From positions 88,102,001 through 88,166,000 of the forward strand of contig OX597825.1 in NCBI GenBank assembly GCA_951406725.2: DNA of 64,000 nucleotides. The letters are read 5' to 3'. Positions 37,201 to 51,474 of the stretch are shown in pieces. The DNA comes from Octopus vulgaris (taxonomy: Eukaryota). The first letter of the stretch is position 1. Each line of letters opens with the position of its first letter. The notes below the pieces were generated by a model. It saw only the letters and a list, made by a program, of their open reading frames with translations, was not told where the DNA came from and made no database searches. The position numbers and the translations under genes were made by a program.

Positions 37201-37493
37201 CATGCTGATGAGATAATGTCTGTCACGTAGGTTATGCAGTTTCTTGCATAATGGTATTATCATTCTGGCCTAGTCAACTAATATAGATAGAGTTATTCAT
37301 GAATGTTGACTATTCATGGCCATGCTATTGAGATAATATAATAGCATTCTTCGACCCATCACCCATTTTCATGGATACTTCAACTGGTGATCATTATGAG
37401 CGCTAACTTAATAGTATGTAACCTGATAGCACATGACCCGCGATACAGACACTTGCAGTTACGGTAATCACGTCTAATGTGCCAATGGGAAAA

Positions 37494-37547
37494 TGTACGT
37501 TAAATGAGACATATAAATCTACATTTATATGTCTCATTTAACGTACA
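37494..37547. repeat. Perfect 25-bp inverted repeat with a 4-nt loop
   Basis: TGTACGTTAAATGAGACATATAAAT-CTAC-ATTTATATGTCTCATTTAACGTACA. Confidence 0.95.
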
Positions 37548-37962
37548 ACAGAAAAACATACAAAGCAATCTGTTTACAGGTGAAATAATGACAAACTACT
37601 AAAAAAAAAAATGCACCATACGGAACTTGATGGAGAAGACGTAAAAGTATAAAAAAAAACGACAAATAACGGATATATTTCTGCTCAGATAACTCATGAT
37701 TAGAGGCATATCATTTGGCGTAGATTTTCTGTGTCTTTCAACCAAAATACTTTTAAATTACTCTCGTTAACCAATTGGAAAATATGTTTAATTTTACTTA
37801 TTATTATTGGTGCTAACATATTTGTTCCAATTCATTTAACTAACACATTTGGAATTTTTCATTATTTTATTAAATTAATATCTAAAATGGCACTCTGGCG
37901 CTCAATGCATTCTTCCTGCTGGCCAGCGGCGTACACACACACTGACACAGTCATGCATATAT

Positions 37963-37999
<37 letters not shown>

Positions 38000-38959
38000 T
38001 ACACATATATATACACATATATATACACAAACGAATATGTATATATATACGTTTGTATGAATATGAATAATATGTATGTATTGTTTCGTTTACACATGTG
38101 TCTATGTGAATCAGATATTTAATTAAAATTACAGATGTAATTCTACTCCAATGATGCTGAAAATGTATAGAAAATGACTATTGAAGAATTCTGTACTGAT
38201 GGATAGGAGGAGGATATAATTTCATGTCTGCCTTGCATTGATATCGATGTTTGCCGTTTATGCATAATGTGGATGATGTACCTCGTAACATTGTGCCTAT
38301 TATATTTCTATGGAGCCTCTCAGAATCCACAAATGTGCTACACTAGAAAATTCTCGTCCATAAAAAACCCATCCACGCTCTGCTGCTTTTCTCCTTCTGT
38401 CTTCTTCAATAACGTAATTCATTACTTGCTCGTCTTTTCAATCATCTTTTTTTCTTTGACATCGTGTTAATGCACTTCTGTTAATATTCCATTGCGCTTC
38501 ACAGGAATAACCAACCTGTGTAGGATAATAATATGCGAGCTTTTTATTTTGTTGGAATAGAGAATGAAATTTGGGGGCGTTTCCATTATTACCCGATCCC
38601 TTCCAGAGAGCATGCCGCGTTGATGTTCATATAACCTTTAGTGGTGTTCCTATATCTTATTTTATTTCAAAGAAAAAAAAATTCCAGAAGCATTTAATTA
38701 CACCTGATTCTTTCAGATATTATTTCATTTATCTTCTCTTTTTCAACATCATCCATTCCTGTTGTAAGCATCTGTCTCTACATTCAATTTCCCGTCGTAT
38801 ATTATTTTTATTGAGAAGCGAATGTAGTGTAGTTGTAGGAGGATCTGTGTCACTTCAAGCCAAACCCTATATTCTTCGCAACCATGAATGTTGCTTGGGA
38901 TCATTCAGATACTGGAGCAGTGTTTCTGTCGAAAGAATCTCTGTTACATATTTGATGTT

Positions 38960-39190
38960 AAGGCGGCGAGCTGGCAGAAACGTTAGCACGCCGGGCGAAA
39001 TGCTGAGCGGTATTTCGTCTGCCGTTACGTTGTGAGTTCTAATTCCGCCGAGGGCGACTTTGCCTTTCATCCTTTCGGGGTCGATAAATTAAGTACCAGT
39101 TACGCACTGGGGTCGATGTAATCGACTTAATCCCTTTGTCTGTCCTTGTTTGCCCCCTCTATGTTTAGCCCTCTGTGAGCAATAAAGAAG
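38960..39190 (+). mobile_element. Meta-domain SINE (family B), full length
   Basis: AAGGCGGCGAGCTGGCAGAAACGTTAGC head, TTGCCTTTCATCCTTTCGGGGTCGATAAATTAAGTACCAG central domain, AATAAAGAA end. Confidence 0.9.
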
Positions 39191-39305
39191 TATACACATA
39201 TTTCATGTTGATGTAGACGAATGTATTGCATTTATGTTGTTGCATATTCATTGAATCTCTTCTATTTTTCAATACCATTCATGTGGCTGTTGTATTATTC
39301 CATTT

Positions 39306-39540
39306 AAGGCGGCGAGCTGGCAGAAACGTTAGCACGGTGAAATGATTAGCGGTATTTCGTCTGCCGCTACGTTCTGAGTTCAAATTCCGCCGAGGTCGAC
39401 TTTGCCTTTCATCCTTTCGGGGTCGATTAAATAAGTACCAGTTACGCACCGGAGTCGATGTAATCGACTTAATCCGTTTGTCTGCCCTTGTTTGTCCTCT
39501 CTGTGTTTAGCCCGTTGAGGGTAGTAAAGAAATAGGTATT
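39306..39540 (+). mobile_element. Meta-domain SINE (family B)
   Basis: Colinear with 38960-39190. Confidence 0.9.
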
Positions 39541-41440
39541 ATTCCATTAATAATCTTTATGGATGTTGATTTCTTATTAAATGTGTGTTTCTTCTGTATT
39601 TTTTCTTTCCTTTTTCTACAGTATGTTTACGTGTGTTTGGACGGATCTCCTTATTGGGATGTTTGTTTGACATTTGTCGCAATACTCTGTTTTATTTCTT
39701 TTGTTTTATGGGTTCCACACTATCTTTTCTTCTTTTACCATTTTTGCCTGGAGCCAATCATTTCACGTGTCTTCATCAGGGTCTTGTTGGTTTCTTTATT
39801 CTGAAGGATCGTTTCTTTATTTTATAAGGAAAATGCTGTTGTAATGCTTTCAGTCGCCATTTTAATATATTTTATCACTTGCTTCGTTTTTTAGATGTTC
39901 TTCTAATTTCTTGTGTCACTATTTCGGGCCATTATTGATTATTAAACATTTCAATGAATTCACAAATTCAATCTTATCGTTAACATTTTCTCATTTCTTT
40001 CTGTACCTCCACCACTTATAATCCCTTCATACTTCAAAGTGCCTCGTCTCTACCAGATAAATTATTGGCATGTAATAAAAGCGTAGACATCAGTTACTCA
40101 AACCTCTTTATTTTTTTTAACATTATACGTATTTAGCGGGCAGCATTTTTTCAACCATTTAAAAGTCCACTTTCCTGAACATTGTCCTGAATTGCTTTTG
40201 TTGCATCGGGCTTTAGAGTTACGTCCCGAGATTCTCTATACACTCTGACTGGACCAATCGCGCTTATATTGGTGATCGATTCATAGACATGGTTGTTTTG
40301 TTTACAAATCCCCTTAGCTTTATTTGAAATTATTTTACATTGCTTTTATTGAATTGCAAGATCCTTATCGTCCTTTGCTAAAGTTAATAGTTTGTTTTAT
40401 TTATAATTTTTGTGTTTGCCCGGAGTGTTCATTTTCTTTTCACGTCACTATGAACCGCTTTCGTTTTCTCTTCTCCACCTATAAGAAGTATCAACTCGGC
40501 TTACTTCTGCCTTCTCTTTTCTCTATTGTTTGTATTGAAATGCTTATTCCAACTCTGAATTTCTCTCCCACACGTCTGTTCTACTTATAGACTTATGTAC
40601 ATAAATTTTGTGCATTCCTTCAATAATATATTTTCTCTGTAACAATCACGTGAAATATCATTATCAATTATCGCCCATCTAACAAGAGTTATTTTTTTCT
40701 TTTTATAATTTAGGCGTTAATTTAGACAGCAGCGTTTATTTTATTCCCGAATGTGTTGCAGTTTACTTACGATGTATTTCAGAATTTTGCACAATGTTAT
40801 GCTTTCAGGTCCATGTCATGCAGATCATTCTCAAAATTCTAGTATTCCGTTTATATCAGTATTTTAAGTATTTCTTTCATATTCGATGAAAACTATTTCA
40901 AATATTGACAGCAGAGAATTTATGTAAAGTACCTTTCAAATATGCAATACACAAACACACAGACACACATATGTGCACGTGGGTTGCATTTATTTGTTGG
41001 TGTGTATAAGTGTACGTTTGTATGCGTCTCTGAGTATTGTCTTGTATGAAAATGGAAATCGATAGAAATATATTTATAATTGAAGTGACATGCACAGTCG
41101 AAATTAAACACAAACTTCATGAGGATTGCTATCTAATTTTGAAATCTGCCAAATTTAAAATCGTATTGTCGACGGGAATTCATAAAGAATACTTCCAAGC
41201 ATGTCATCATTCACTTTCATTTGAGTGTAACTTGAATGATATAAAGCGATATAAAATAATAAATAAACCTGATCACACACGTGTTGACAGCTCGTACAAA
41301 TCTTTTCATACAACAATTTATACCTTTTCTCCCAAAACTTAAGAATAATAGAATACACCTAACACATATTTTCTTAGCGAATGTAGTGCAACCGCCGTTG
41401 CCACGTACATACAGACAAATATATATCTCTATATTTGTCT

Positions 41441-41444
<4 letters not shown>

Positions 41445-41477
<33 letters not shown>

Positions 41478-41480
41478 GAC

Positions 41481-41549
<69 letters not shown>
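41445..41549. repeat. (TA)n followed by (GATA)n microsatellite
   Basis: Directly visible. Confidence 0.95.
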
Positions 41550-41550
<1 letters not shown>

Positions 41551-42119
41551 AGTGGCATATCAACTGAATTCTAAACAAAGAAAGCACTTAGTACATCACT
41601 GTATGGGTAATATCGCTTCCGTGTAATATCAACAGATTTTTATTTCATGACACTATGGAAGTATTTGCTAGAGAGAAGAAATCACTTAGGATGTTACACG
41701 CTTTCTATGGCGTTAATTTCGGTTGCAATTTCAAGCAAAACGACGTTACATTAACATCAATGTTTGTGGCTTACATTGGATTCTTTTGTAAAAAGAGAAA
41801 CGAGTCATTTTGATTGTATTTACTAAATATTTCACACCACTAATTTAGTTAATATTTTCTCTGTTTCAGTTGATCTAGAATTAAACAAATCTTCAGCCTA
41901 GCGATTATTGTACAAATCGAAGTACTCTTGGTGCATGGTTGTTTTATGGTTTAGCGTTTCTCATGAATTTCAGTTTTCAGATGTAATTTGAAAAGGCTGT
42001 GATTCTCTTCTTTTCTTAATACCGCGTTCATCGACACATTTTCGCAGGTATTACTCAACACACCACACACATAGGTACGCAAACAAGGATACAGATAACA
42101 CAAATGAATACATACATAT

Positions 42120-42171
<52 letters not shown>

Positions 42172-43174
42172 TTGCGCGGCTTGGATCCAATGTACGTGTC
42201 TCAGAACTGGTCCGTAACGTCAGCATTTTATACAAAACCTTTTCATCATGGTCTGAGCTCCAAACTCAATGAGTTTAATGCAGTCAGTTGAGTTCAGTGG
42301 CATTTAATGTTCTCTACGTAACATTAGCAACGACGAGAACAGTAGATGTCATTGAGTGAAACTAACATCTCACAATTTAGGGCTCAGCACACTAAACCAA
42401 GCAATGATAAATCATCAATTGTCGAAATTAATATTTGAATATCGGAAACTGTGAAACCAATTTGATGACGACTCCTGAACAATTGATGAAATGAACTTCA
42501 CCATTCAAAGCTAAACCCTAACTGCTGGAACGTTTCCGCTTTCTTCGTTTCTTTCCATCGCTTCGATTATAAATTCATCATTTTTATTTCTTCAAGAAAA
42601 CAAATATTGAACATGAATTCGCGTGGATTTGATATTACGGAGAAGAGAAGACAAGCTGTACATTAAAATTAGAAAAAAAAGGCCTGAAAACATTTGATCA
42701 GGAGGATATTTTTGACGTCAATGGATAATGGGTAGAATGTTAGTTATTGTTTTTCTGTTGGATATAACACAACGTTAGGAGAGTAGAATGTAATAATAAT
42801 GATGATGTTAACAATAACAATGATAATAATGATAATAATGTTGATGATGATAAAGTAGGAATGATTATTAATAACTGTCTGGGTCGAAATTTGCATACTC
42901 TATTCAAGTAATTGTATCACGGGCATTTTTACAAAGCAGAACACGTTTTCTGATTGTGACCATTAAAATTGAAATTGTTGTAACCAGGTTTTCACAGTTG
43001 AACTGCTTTGCTATGCATATCCTGTTAGATGGATTTTCAGGTTAGTATTAATAAACTATTGATTGATTTTCCCCTGCATTTTCACTAGGTTTTGGTTGTT
43101 ATCAGCGATATCTAAAACATTACAGAAACAAAAAAAACAAGGAGACGTATGATATGCGTTTTACAATTCGGCTT

Positions 43175-43575
43175 TGGCAGAAACGTTAGCACACCGGGTG
43201 AAATGCGTAGCAGTATTTCGTCTGCCGTTACGTTCCGAGTTCAAATTCCGCCGCGGTCGATTTTGCCTGTCATCCTTTCGGGGACGATAATAATAAGTAC
43301 CAGTCAAGTACTGAGGTCGATGTATACGAATTAATCCCTTTGTCTGTCCTTCTTTGTCCCCTCTGTGTTTAGCCCCTTGTGGGTAGTAAATAAATAGGTA
43401 TTTCGTCTGTCTTTACGTTCTGAGTTCAAATTCCGCCGAGGTCGACTTTGCCTTTCATACTTTCGGGGTCGATAAATTAAGTACCAGTTACGCACTGGGG
43501 TCGATGTACACGACTTAATCCCTTTGTCTGTCCTCTTTGTCCCCTCTGTGTTTAGCCTCTTGTGGGTAGTAAAAA
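43175..43575 (+). mobile_element. Meta-domain SINE (family B), head-to-tail dimer
   Basis: The first unit ends GGGTAGTAAATAAATA and the second starts at the internal GGTATTTCGTCTG (about 43397). Confidence 0.85.
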
Positions 43576-44432
43576 ATATTATTAGTTGTATTTTTGAGTT
43601 AGAATTTTCTGCGTGAAATTCTGAGCAGTTCCAAATTCGCAAACATCTTATCTTCATTGTGTAGGAGAAATTGGAGTCTGAAATTAAGGTAACACAGTTT
43701 GAATATATTTTCTATTTGGAAATCTGCCAACACTAAAGAGTACACACGAACACAATCAGAAGTTAATAGTTGAAAAAGTACCGAATTGGTCATTGGGTAA
43801 TTTCTATTCAATAATTTTATCTAGAAATGTAAAACGTAGAAGAGGAAACATAATGTCATAAATGAATGCCAGATGTAGTATCATGAATTAACCAAGGGAT
43901 GTGATATAGCATCTGCCTAAATGTATATTTGATACGATATATACAGAAGTAAAGATTGATGTTCTTTCGAGCTCGCTCCTAAATGATTGGCGCGCGCGCA
44001 CACACATATATAAAACAAATTAGCACGAGAAACTGGAAGGAACAGTCTTCATTTCAAATCATTACAGTTCTTTTGGCGCATCATTATCAGTTGGTAATTG
44101 CTAAATGCCACCATTGCATAAATATGATTCCACAATAGTTGTATGCACGCGCGTCGTTAGGTGTGTAGGGTCCAAAGCACGCAAGATCGTCTTTAGTTTC
44201 TTTCTGTTACACAATATATTCTACTCAAAAGCCTGTGCTTTTGTTGGTGGTGGGGGTGAACACCAGCCATAATGTTATGCAATGGCGACATCATTTACAA
44301 GCGCTCAAAAATTGTTCTAACGTCTTACCATAAACTCCAAAGTAGGATTTTGGAATTTGGAAGAAGCCTGAGATATGTAATATCATAGTAATCATTTCTT
44401 TATTCAAAAACGTATATCTTGATGGTTTACTA

Positions 44433-44473
<41 letters not shown>

Positions 44474-44835
44474 AATTATTATTATAGTCATCATATTCTT
44501 GTGTACACACACACACACATACACATATATATATTTATATATATCCATGTTCTTGACCCCGAAACAGAGGATAAACTGTTTTTACTTCGAAGATTATAAA
44601 AGTCTTACTGATATTTGATAAGAGATACATTGAAACCGTTAATATTTTCTTTATATAATTTTGAAATCAATTTTATTAAGTTTCCTCTCAAATTGAAATA
44701 TCTTAGAGTTACTTTACTTTAGGGCTATTTCCAGCTTATGCGTGTGTACGTGTCTCTGTGTGTGCGTGTGTATGTGTGTGTGTGTGTGTGTAAGTATATT
44801 GCAATTTGTAGAAATAATCCTAAGGTTACGTTATA

Positions 44836-44886
<51 letters not shown>

Positions 44887-44977
44887 GTCTTTCTTGTATA
44901 GAGACAAATTGCTTAATGAATATATATGAATAAGTAGAATATGAAAAAGATACACAATCATCACTGAATGTATGTAC

Positions 44978-45010
<33 letters not shown>

Positions 45011-46949
45011 GTATGTTTGTATATATCATATATATGTATGTTAGCCCTATTTGCAAGTGTATTATAAAGTTGCATGCAAATCAATTTTCCTGCTTTAATA
45101 ACCTCTCTTCATGACCGGTAAAGCAACTCTGTTGAAGCTCGTGACAATAATACTATACAGCAAAAATTTGTAAAGTGACAGACTTTGGTCTCCTGCTACG
45201 CGAAGCAGGTCACTACATGCCACTGATTTCCATTGAAATGCAAAAGTAACAGACACAAAATACAAGTATTTGTGTAACTTTTAACATTTCAAGACATTAT
45301 CAGATTAGAATTTTCGCTTATTTTCTCAAAAGTGGAGAAAATTCCGTGTTTAAGGATGAAATGAATAATGGCTTTCTTTATTTTTTATTTCCAATAATTT
45401 AAATTGAGTATTTTTTCTCATTTGTACTTCTTCGTATTTCCGTGTTATTCTTTCTGAATGGAATTCTAAAAATAACATAGTGGTGTGGGTATCAAAGAAG
45501 AAGTTACTGAAGATGTGTGCGTGTGCGTGTCTGGATGTGTGTGTGTGTGCCAAGAAGAAGAGACTGCGCGTCACTGAATGTTAATTTTGAGCTCAAAGTC
45601 GTGATTAATTGTGGTTTTCAAATATGATGCATATTCAATGATCCGTCAACTACAACATAAATGTTCGGTTGAAAAAATTAAATCCATTGGAACAAACAGA
45701 GGCAACTGTAATGTATATGGATTGAAATAGAAACAGGAAGATATAAAATAGAGCTGAACAAGTGATGACTATAGGGATGAAATCATGTTTGGATACGAAC
45801 GTTGAATTAGAGAGTTGCTATGAGAGGTTTTAGACGTGATTTCCTGAATACAGCTTTTGAAACAGAGCGTGGAGAAAGAAGCAATAATTTAGCAAGCAGT
45901 TAACATGTTTGATATGAATGTAGACGTACCAAATTAACATCAGTTTGATTAACGACATCATATACTGACTCGATATATTTATCTTTTTCTTTATATTGCC
46001 ATATTTCAGAAATCTTGTCTATGGAAATGTTTTTCAACATATTAATATAAATGTCACAGCAAGGAAAAGCAATCATCAACTGTCGCATTATAACACGCAT
46101 AAAAGTATCTTTATACATTTCGGCTTTACATTTAATTTACTTAATAAATTCGTCTTACAGGATAAATTTCTTATGGCAATACAACGTTTTAAGTAAAGTG
46201 ACTTTTCATGTTATTAATGTTCAGAAAAGCTTAGTTGGAAAATATATCTCCGTTGGTTCATTGAAATGTTTACACGCTCTAACTTTCGTATATTCTGGTT
46301 TTCCAAACACTCAATAGAAATCAGTGAATTTTAACGGAAAATATACACGCGGCGCAGATTGTGACATTCTTTTTCCAATTTATACATCAAACAAATTTTT
46401 TTTTCTTTCAAACAACTGAAAAACGCATCAATGTTACATAATGCATTTCTAATGAAACTGCACCTTTAAAAAACATGCACACATTTTAATGAATTGTCGT
46501 AATTAGTCTGTCTATAATTTTAAGACGGATTATAGGACAACAACTTTGACTTAACCTCCTCATGAATTATTATGTTGAGAATTGTCTCAAGAATTATGAA
46601 CATGAATATTCCGTTGCTAACCACTTCTACACTACACTATACGATGGCGGAATCTGTGCAAGGGCTAAACAAATACAAAAACGGTAATAATCATAATAAT
46701 AATAAAATGTACGGCTAATTATTTGGTAACGTTTAAGATACGATCAAATATTCACAATTTCCAGAGCCCAGCTGTATCAATATACACATCTTTTGTATCA
46801 ATATACAAAACACGAAGCATTAACAAATATAAAAAAAATTACATTAGAAGTATTTTTCCATGAAGAAGCAAAAATTTCTATTCATTCGCCACCAACATTC
46901 ACAAATGTATTTTCTATCACTGATACGTCCATATATATATATATATATA

Positions 46950-47135
46950 TTAGTCGCCATGATAGATCGTTAGCCACCACACATTCATTACTCTCCTTGT
47001 TTTTTCTGTGTCCCTTTCTGTAGAAGAGCGTAGGTTCGAAATGGAAAATACTTTTTCTATTCCTGAGCGTTATACTAATACATCTGTTTGTTTTGTACAC
47101 AACCTGTCTTTTGTTTTTTTCGTAAACTCTCCCTA
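46950..47135 (+). mobile_element. Penelope-pLTR-like fragment with a degenerate hammerhead core
   Basis: TA-flanked; GAAGAGCGTAGGTTCGAAA (47023-47041) has a GAGC/GUUC stem II and GAAA but lacks C3-U4. Confidence 0.5.
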
Positions 47136-49559
47136 TATATCACGTGTTCCGAAGTATATCAGGGACAGCATATTTTACACACTGTGCGTTTCTGGAGCAG
47201 CCCGTTGGCTGGGTATATAATCAGTAGCGTTAGATTAATTGTATACACAACCTGCATATCTTTCTGCATGAATTTTCGGTAGCAACATTTATATTTCTGT
47301 ATATTGCTTTGTTTATATTTTACTTTGACCCGACCCGATGCCTTATCATTTAAGTGCCTGATAGAGCTGAATCCTAATATATGATATAATATATACTATT
47401 ATATATACATACGTACATACATACTTACATATATATATATAGGGAAAGAGAGAGGCAGTGATAGAGAAATGTGAACATAGATACACTGGTAGCACACAAA
47501 CAAATATGACTAAAACACACCGGCAATTACACGCTGCCTTTCGTTCCCAATTATCAAGAGATATTTCTGTGCACAACCTGGGTTTGCGTGTCACTCATTG
47601 ATATGTGAGAGCTCTTGTTTCCATACTAAATTTCCGTCCAATAGAACAAGCGTATTTCCATTCTTGAAAGAAAATTTCTGTGCCAATTCCCGTAGACTAC
47701 AAAAGCAATACGTTTCACATCAAAGATACACACCCTGTGGGCAATGAAGCGAATAACACGTTTCATGAATTGTTGAGTCCATTACAAATACAATGTGCTG
47801 ATATAAACAACATGAAGAAATAATTTAACTTTTTAAAATTTTTATGTTTTTAGATGTATCTTGGAAATCTTAGTATCTTATAAAGATAAGAAAATAATTG
47901 GTGATTAAGTAGAAAAATTGAAATAGCAGGATATCTTCCCTAGTTTAATGAAATGCTTCTGATGCGAATGTATAAATGGACGATAGGAATTTATTGGCAA
48001 GAAATACAAAAGCATCACCGGAGTTGTTTGGCCTTTGTATAGGAGGGTTAAAAGTAAGATGCACCGAGGGAGAGGCGGCAGCTGCTCCGCTGATGCGTCT
48101 TTTTTCAGTATTTTAACTTACCTGGAAAATTGGCACAGAATTAATAACGTGCATTAAAATATATTCGGAATATTTTGTTTAAAGACAGACACACACATAT
48201 GGGGCGTGTGTCTAGATTTTCATATATAAATATACACGCACACACACGCACACACATACCCACACGTATATATCCATATATGAGTACATGTATATGTATC
48301 TCTCTCTCTCTCTCTCTCTCTGATCGTGGAAACCGTGATGCGCTACTTTATCAATGTAGAATCGTCGTTTTGTTAGTTTATGCGTGGGTGTTACGCCTTT
48401 CAATAACGGTTCTGATGCATATCTCACTTTCACTCTCTCTCGCCCTCTCTCTCTCTCTCTTCACATACACACACGCGCGCACCCACACGTATACATATGT
48501 ATGTATACACGCATAGAAACGCATACACATGCATACAAAAATGTCTGTCTAATGACGTTAAGTAATCGTGCTCTGAAGACGGAATTGTTGGTTTATATGC
48601 AAACCTTTGCTCAGTGACGTATGCACAGCTAATTGATAAAAAGTAGTTCTTGATCGCTTATTTATCCTGATAAATATACTTTGCTGTTATGTTCCATTTA
48701 TAAATTACACGCTCTAATCTGACGCCACACATTTTGTTTGTTCATTCTCTCTGTATATATACCTATATATATATATATACAAAATAGAGAGGAAGTGAGA
48801 GTGGGGCAAACGAAGCCATTTCATTCAACACAGGTAGCTATATAGTAAAAAGAAGCTAAACAATCACTAGGATTGTGTAGAATTTTAAAGTTTACATGAT
48901 TAAAGATTTCTTGGTTTCCAGATTTCTTTGATTTTCAAAATTTGAAACAGAATGACATGTATTTATATATACTACAACTGTCTTGCTTCTGACTGGAGTT
49001 TTAAACTTCTCTTGTTTTTATAGAGACACCATAGCTCTAATTAGTATCTCAGTTTGGATGCGCTTCGATTGGCCGACGAGTATCAAGTGATTAGGTTCAA
49101 AAAGTATTGTAATATCCCATCTACATCGGTTTTTTAATGCCATTTGTCTATATGTCTGGTTCTATAAGTTAAAGATCGCACGTTTGTGTGAAAGTATCTG
49201 AATTTTACCAGATAGATGTGGAGGATGTGGAGATGTGATTATCCTTATAAAATTTGTAGGCTCCCCTCGACGTCCGTACGTTAATATGTGACTATTTTTG
49301 CGCCGATAATTAAGACTGACAGAGTTGAGAGAACATGTTTTGTGACAGTCCAAAACAAAGCTCTCTGAGTCTAATCTGTGAAGTGGTAGAGTGGACAAAA
49401 GTTGTTTCAATGATTAGTTAGGGTGTGTATCTATGTATGCAGGTATCAATTTTTTTTTCCGAATTAAATTTGTGCGTTAGTGTCATACAGTGAAAAGTCA
49501 TGATTGTGTTCAAAGTTTAGGTTGTATAAATTTAATATGTCAAAAGGTTCTTCTTTTAT

Positions 49560-50468
49560 AACTCTCATTATTGTTCCCACTCATCCAACCTCACTACTAC
49601 TGCGTATTAAACCAACAATAGGTGTTCTCCCATTTTAATCCCTTAACTCGCAGTTACAATCTTCTATCCGTATTTTCACTTAATACCTAAGATATTCTTC
49701 TCTCCTTTATTTTTACTCCATCCTGCCCTCCTACCCCCACACGTAAACTTACAAATCCATAAGCCTACATACACTTCGCCACTTTATTCGTTTTTTTCTT
49801 GTAAGAATTTATACCTTTTGACCATAAAACACCTAGCCGTGCTTAAACACCCCCACCCAATCTTGCGTTATGCCCCCACGACGAAAAACACGTCACCAAA
49901 CTCTCCCCTCCCATTGCTCTTCTCTTCAAATGACAACCCCACTATTGGATTCTGTGGTTAAGCTAAAACTACTATATTATCTACCACCGACCCGTCCAAT
50001 TCCTCCCTTCTCTCACTCCCCGGTATTTCATTTTATATTATTTATTCATTTTCTTTTCTTTCTCGTCTTTCTCTCCAACTTCTATTACGTATTTCTTCCC
50101 TCATTCCTATACCCCTCACATACTGTGTTCTCCGCACATTCTGATTGAATCACTGCATCAGCATGTACCTCTTTACGACAATGTAACCTTTCATTTAATC
50201 AAGGTATTCTTGGCCTGAAGAGCTGCCGTCCTTATACATCTCACTTGGATATTACCACTGCTGAGGTGCCACTCGCTATGAAACATATGTAGTCCGGATT
50301 TCCCATACTGCATTCCGTAACTCCTGTGTATATTTAACATATACACACTCACATAGGATCTGCCTTAGACTCCTCGATCATGTTATTATTGCTTAACAAC
50401 GATTCTTCCGTAGCCCTTACATAGCCATACCTGAATTTTTGGTTTTCTGGATACTAAAACATCTCTTG

Positions 50469-50470
<2 letters not shown>
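49560..50470 (+). mobile_element. Penelope-like element 3' remnant
   Basis: Pyrimidine-rich tract, then a hammerhead, then an end at (TA)n; only weak hints of a GIY-YIG C-terminus upstream. Confidence 0.5.
50212..50294 (+). ncRNA. Type I hammerhead ribozyme motif
   Basis: GGC-CUGAAGA-...-GAAAC-AUAU-GUA-GUC: stem I GGC/GUC, palindromic ACAUAUGU stem III; stem II irregular. Confidence 0.7.
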
Positions 50471-50503
<33 letters not shown>

Positions 50504-50506
<3 letters not shown>

Positions 50507-51391
50507 TCTGATCAGTAAGTATCGGTACGGTTGCTATAGTAACGAAGCTAAAGCACGAATAGTAAAGCTGCTTGGCACAAATTCTCCATGAACTTTGCTG
50601 CGCAATGCGTTTTAACGTTCTGGCTTACTTATGCTGTTTCCAGTAGTGCTTAAATGGAACGTGCGTGGCATGTGATGGTCGCATTGATGATGACGGAGAA
50701 AGTTGAGCAGAGAATCCGCATCAAATTTTGCCAAAAGCTTGGCGATACCTGCTCAGGGGCCTACGCAAAGTTTTCGAAAATTTGTCATTGTTCTCGATAC
50801 AACCAAGGAGAGCCTGTGCAATTGAAACCCGTGTGTCTTTTCGGGCGGCTGAACGCAGTTTTGGAACGCGTCTCATGCACAAATCTTCAGCGATAATGAA
50901 CTGAACTGAACAGTAATCTGCACATATTCTGATAACTCATGGATGGTGATTCGACGAATATTCCTCACTGCTGCACGCACATCTGCGATGTTCTTCTCAG
51001 TTCTGCTGGTTGTGAGTAACCCAGAACGTTCGTGAATATCGACATTTTCCCGGGCATCTTTGAAACGTCTGAACCATTCGTACACTTGTGTGCGGCTGTA
51101 CACTCCTCTCCATACACTTTCTGCAACTTTGCATCGGCCTCTAAGCAGGTATCGCCATGATCAGTATCTCAGCCATGGTCAATATGATGATCACACACTA
51201 CACACCTTCCTTCCATGCACTGCTGTAAATACCGGAAGTAAGCTGGAACGTTAAAACTTGTGCAGTCTTAAATGAATGGCGACAACTTTCATACAAAACG
51301 GAGTTCAAGGGCAATCTTTGCGAAGCAGCTTCACTCTGTATTTTAGCTGCATCACTATGGCAACAGTCCGGATACTTATTGATCAGATATC

Positions 51392-51392
<1 letters not shown>
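50504..51392. mobile_element. Non-autonomous mariner element built from two inverted 5' ends
   Basis: Terminal inverted repeats TGGTCTGATCAGTAAGTATC and GATACTTATTGATCAGA in TA context; plus arm encodes MTEKVEQRIRIKFCQKLG, minus arm encodes SRTQVYEWFRRFKDARENVDIHERSG (mariner helix-turn-helix region). Confidence 0.88.

Positions 51393-51474
<82 letters not shown>

Noticed and set aside
39750-39785. Minus-strand CTGATGAAGACACGTGAAA
   Set aside because: Stem II and stem III pairings are too weak to call a ribozyme.
41850-41940. Polypyrimidine tract plus CAG resembling a splice acceptor
   Set aside because: No supportable exon or homology; a host gene cannot be inferred without transcript data.
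48565-48635. CTGAAGA in a TA-flanked, pLTR-like segment
   Set aside because: No GAAA partner; too degenerate to support.
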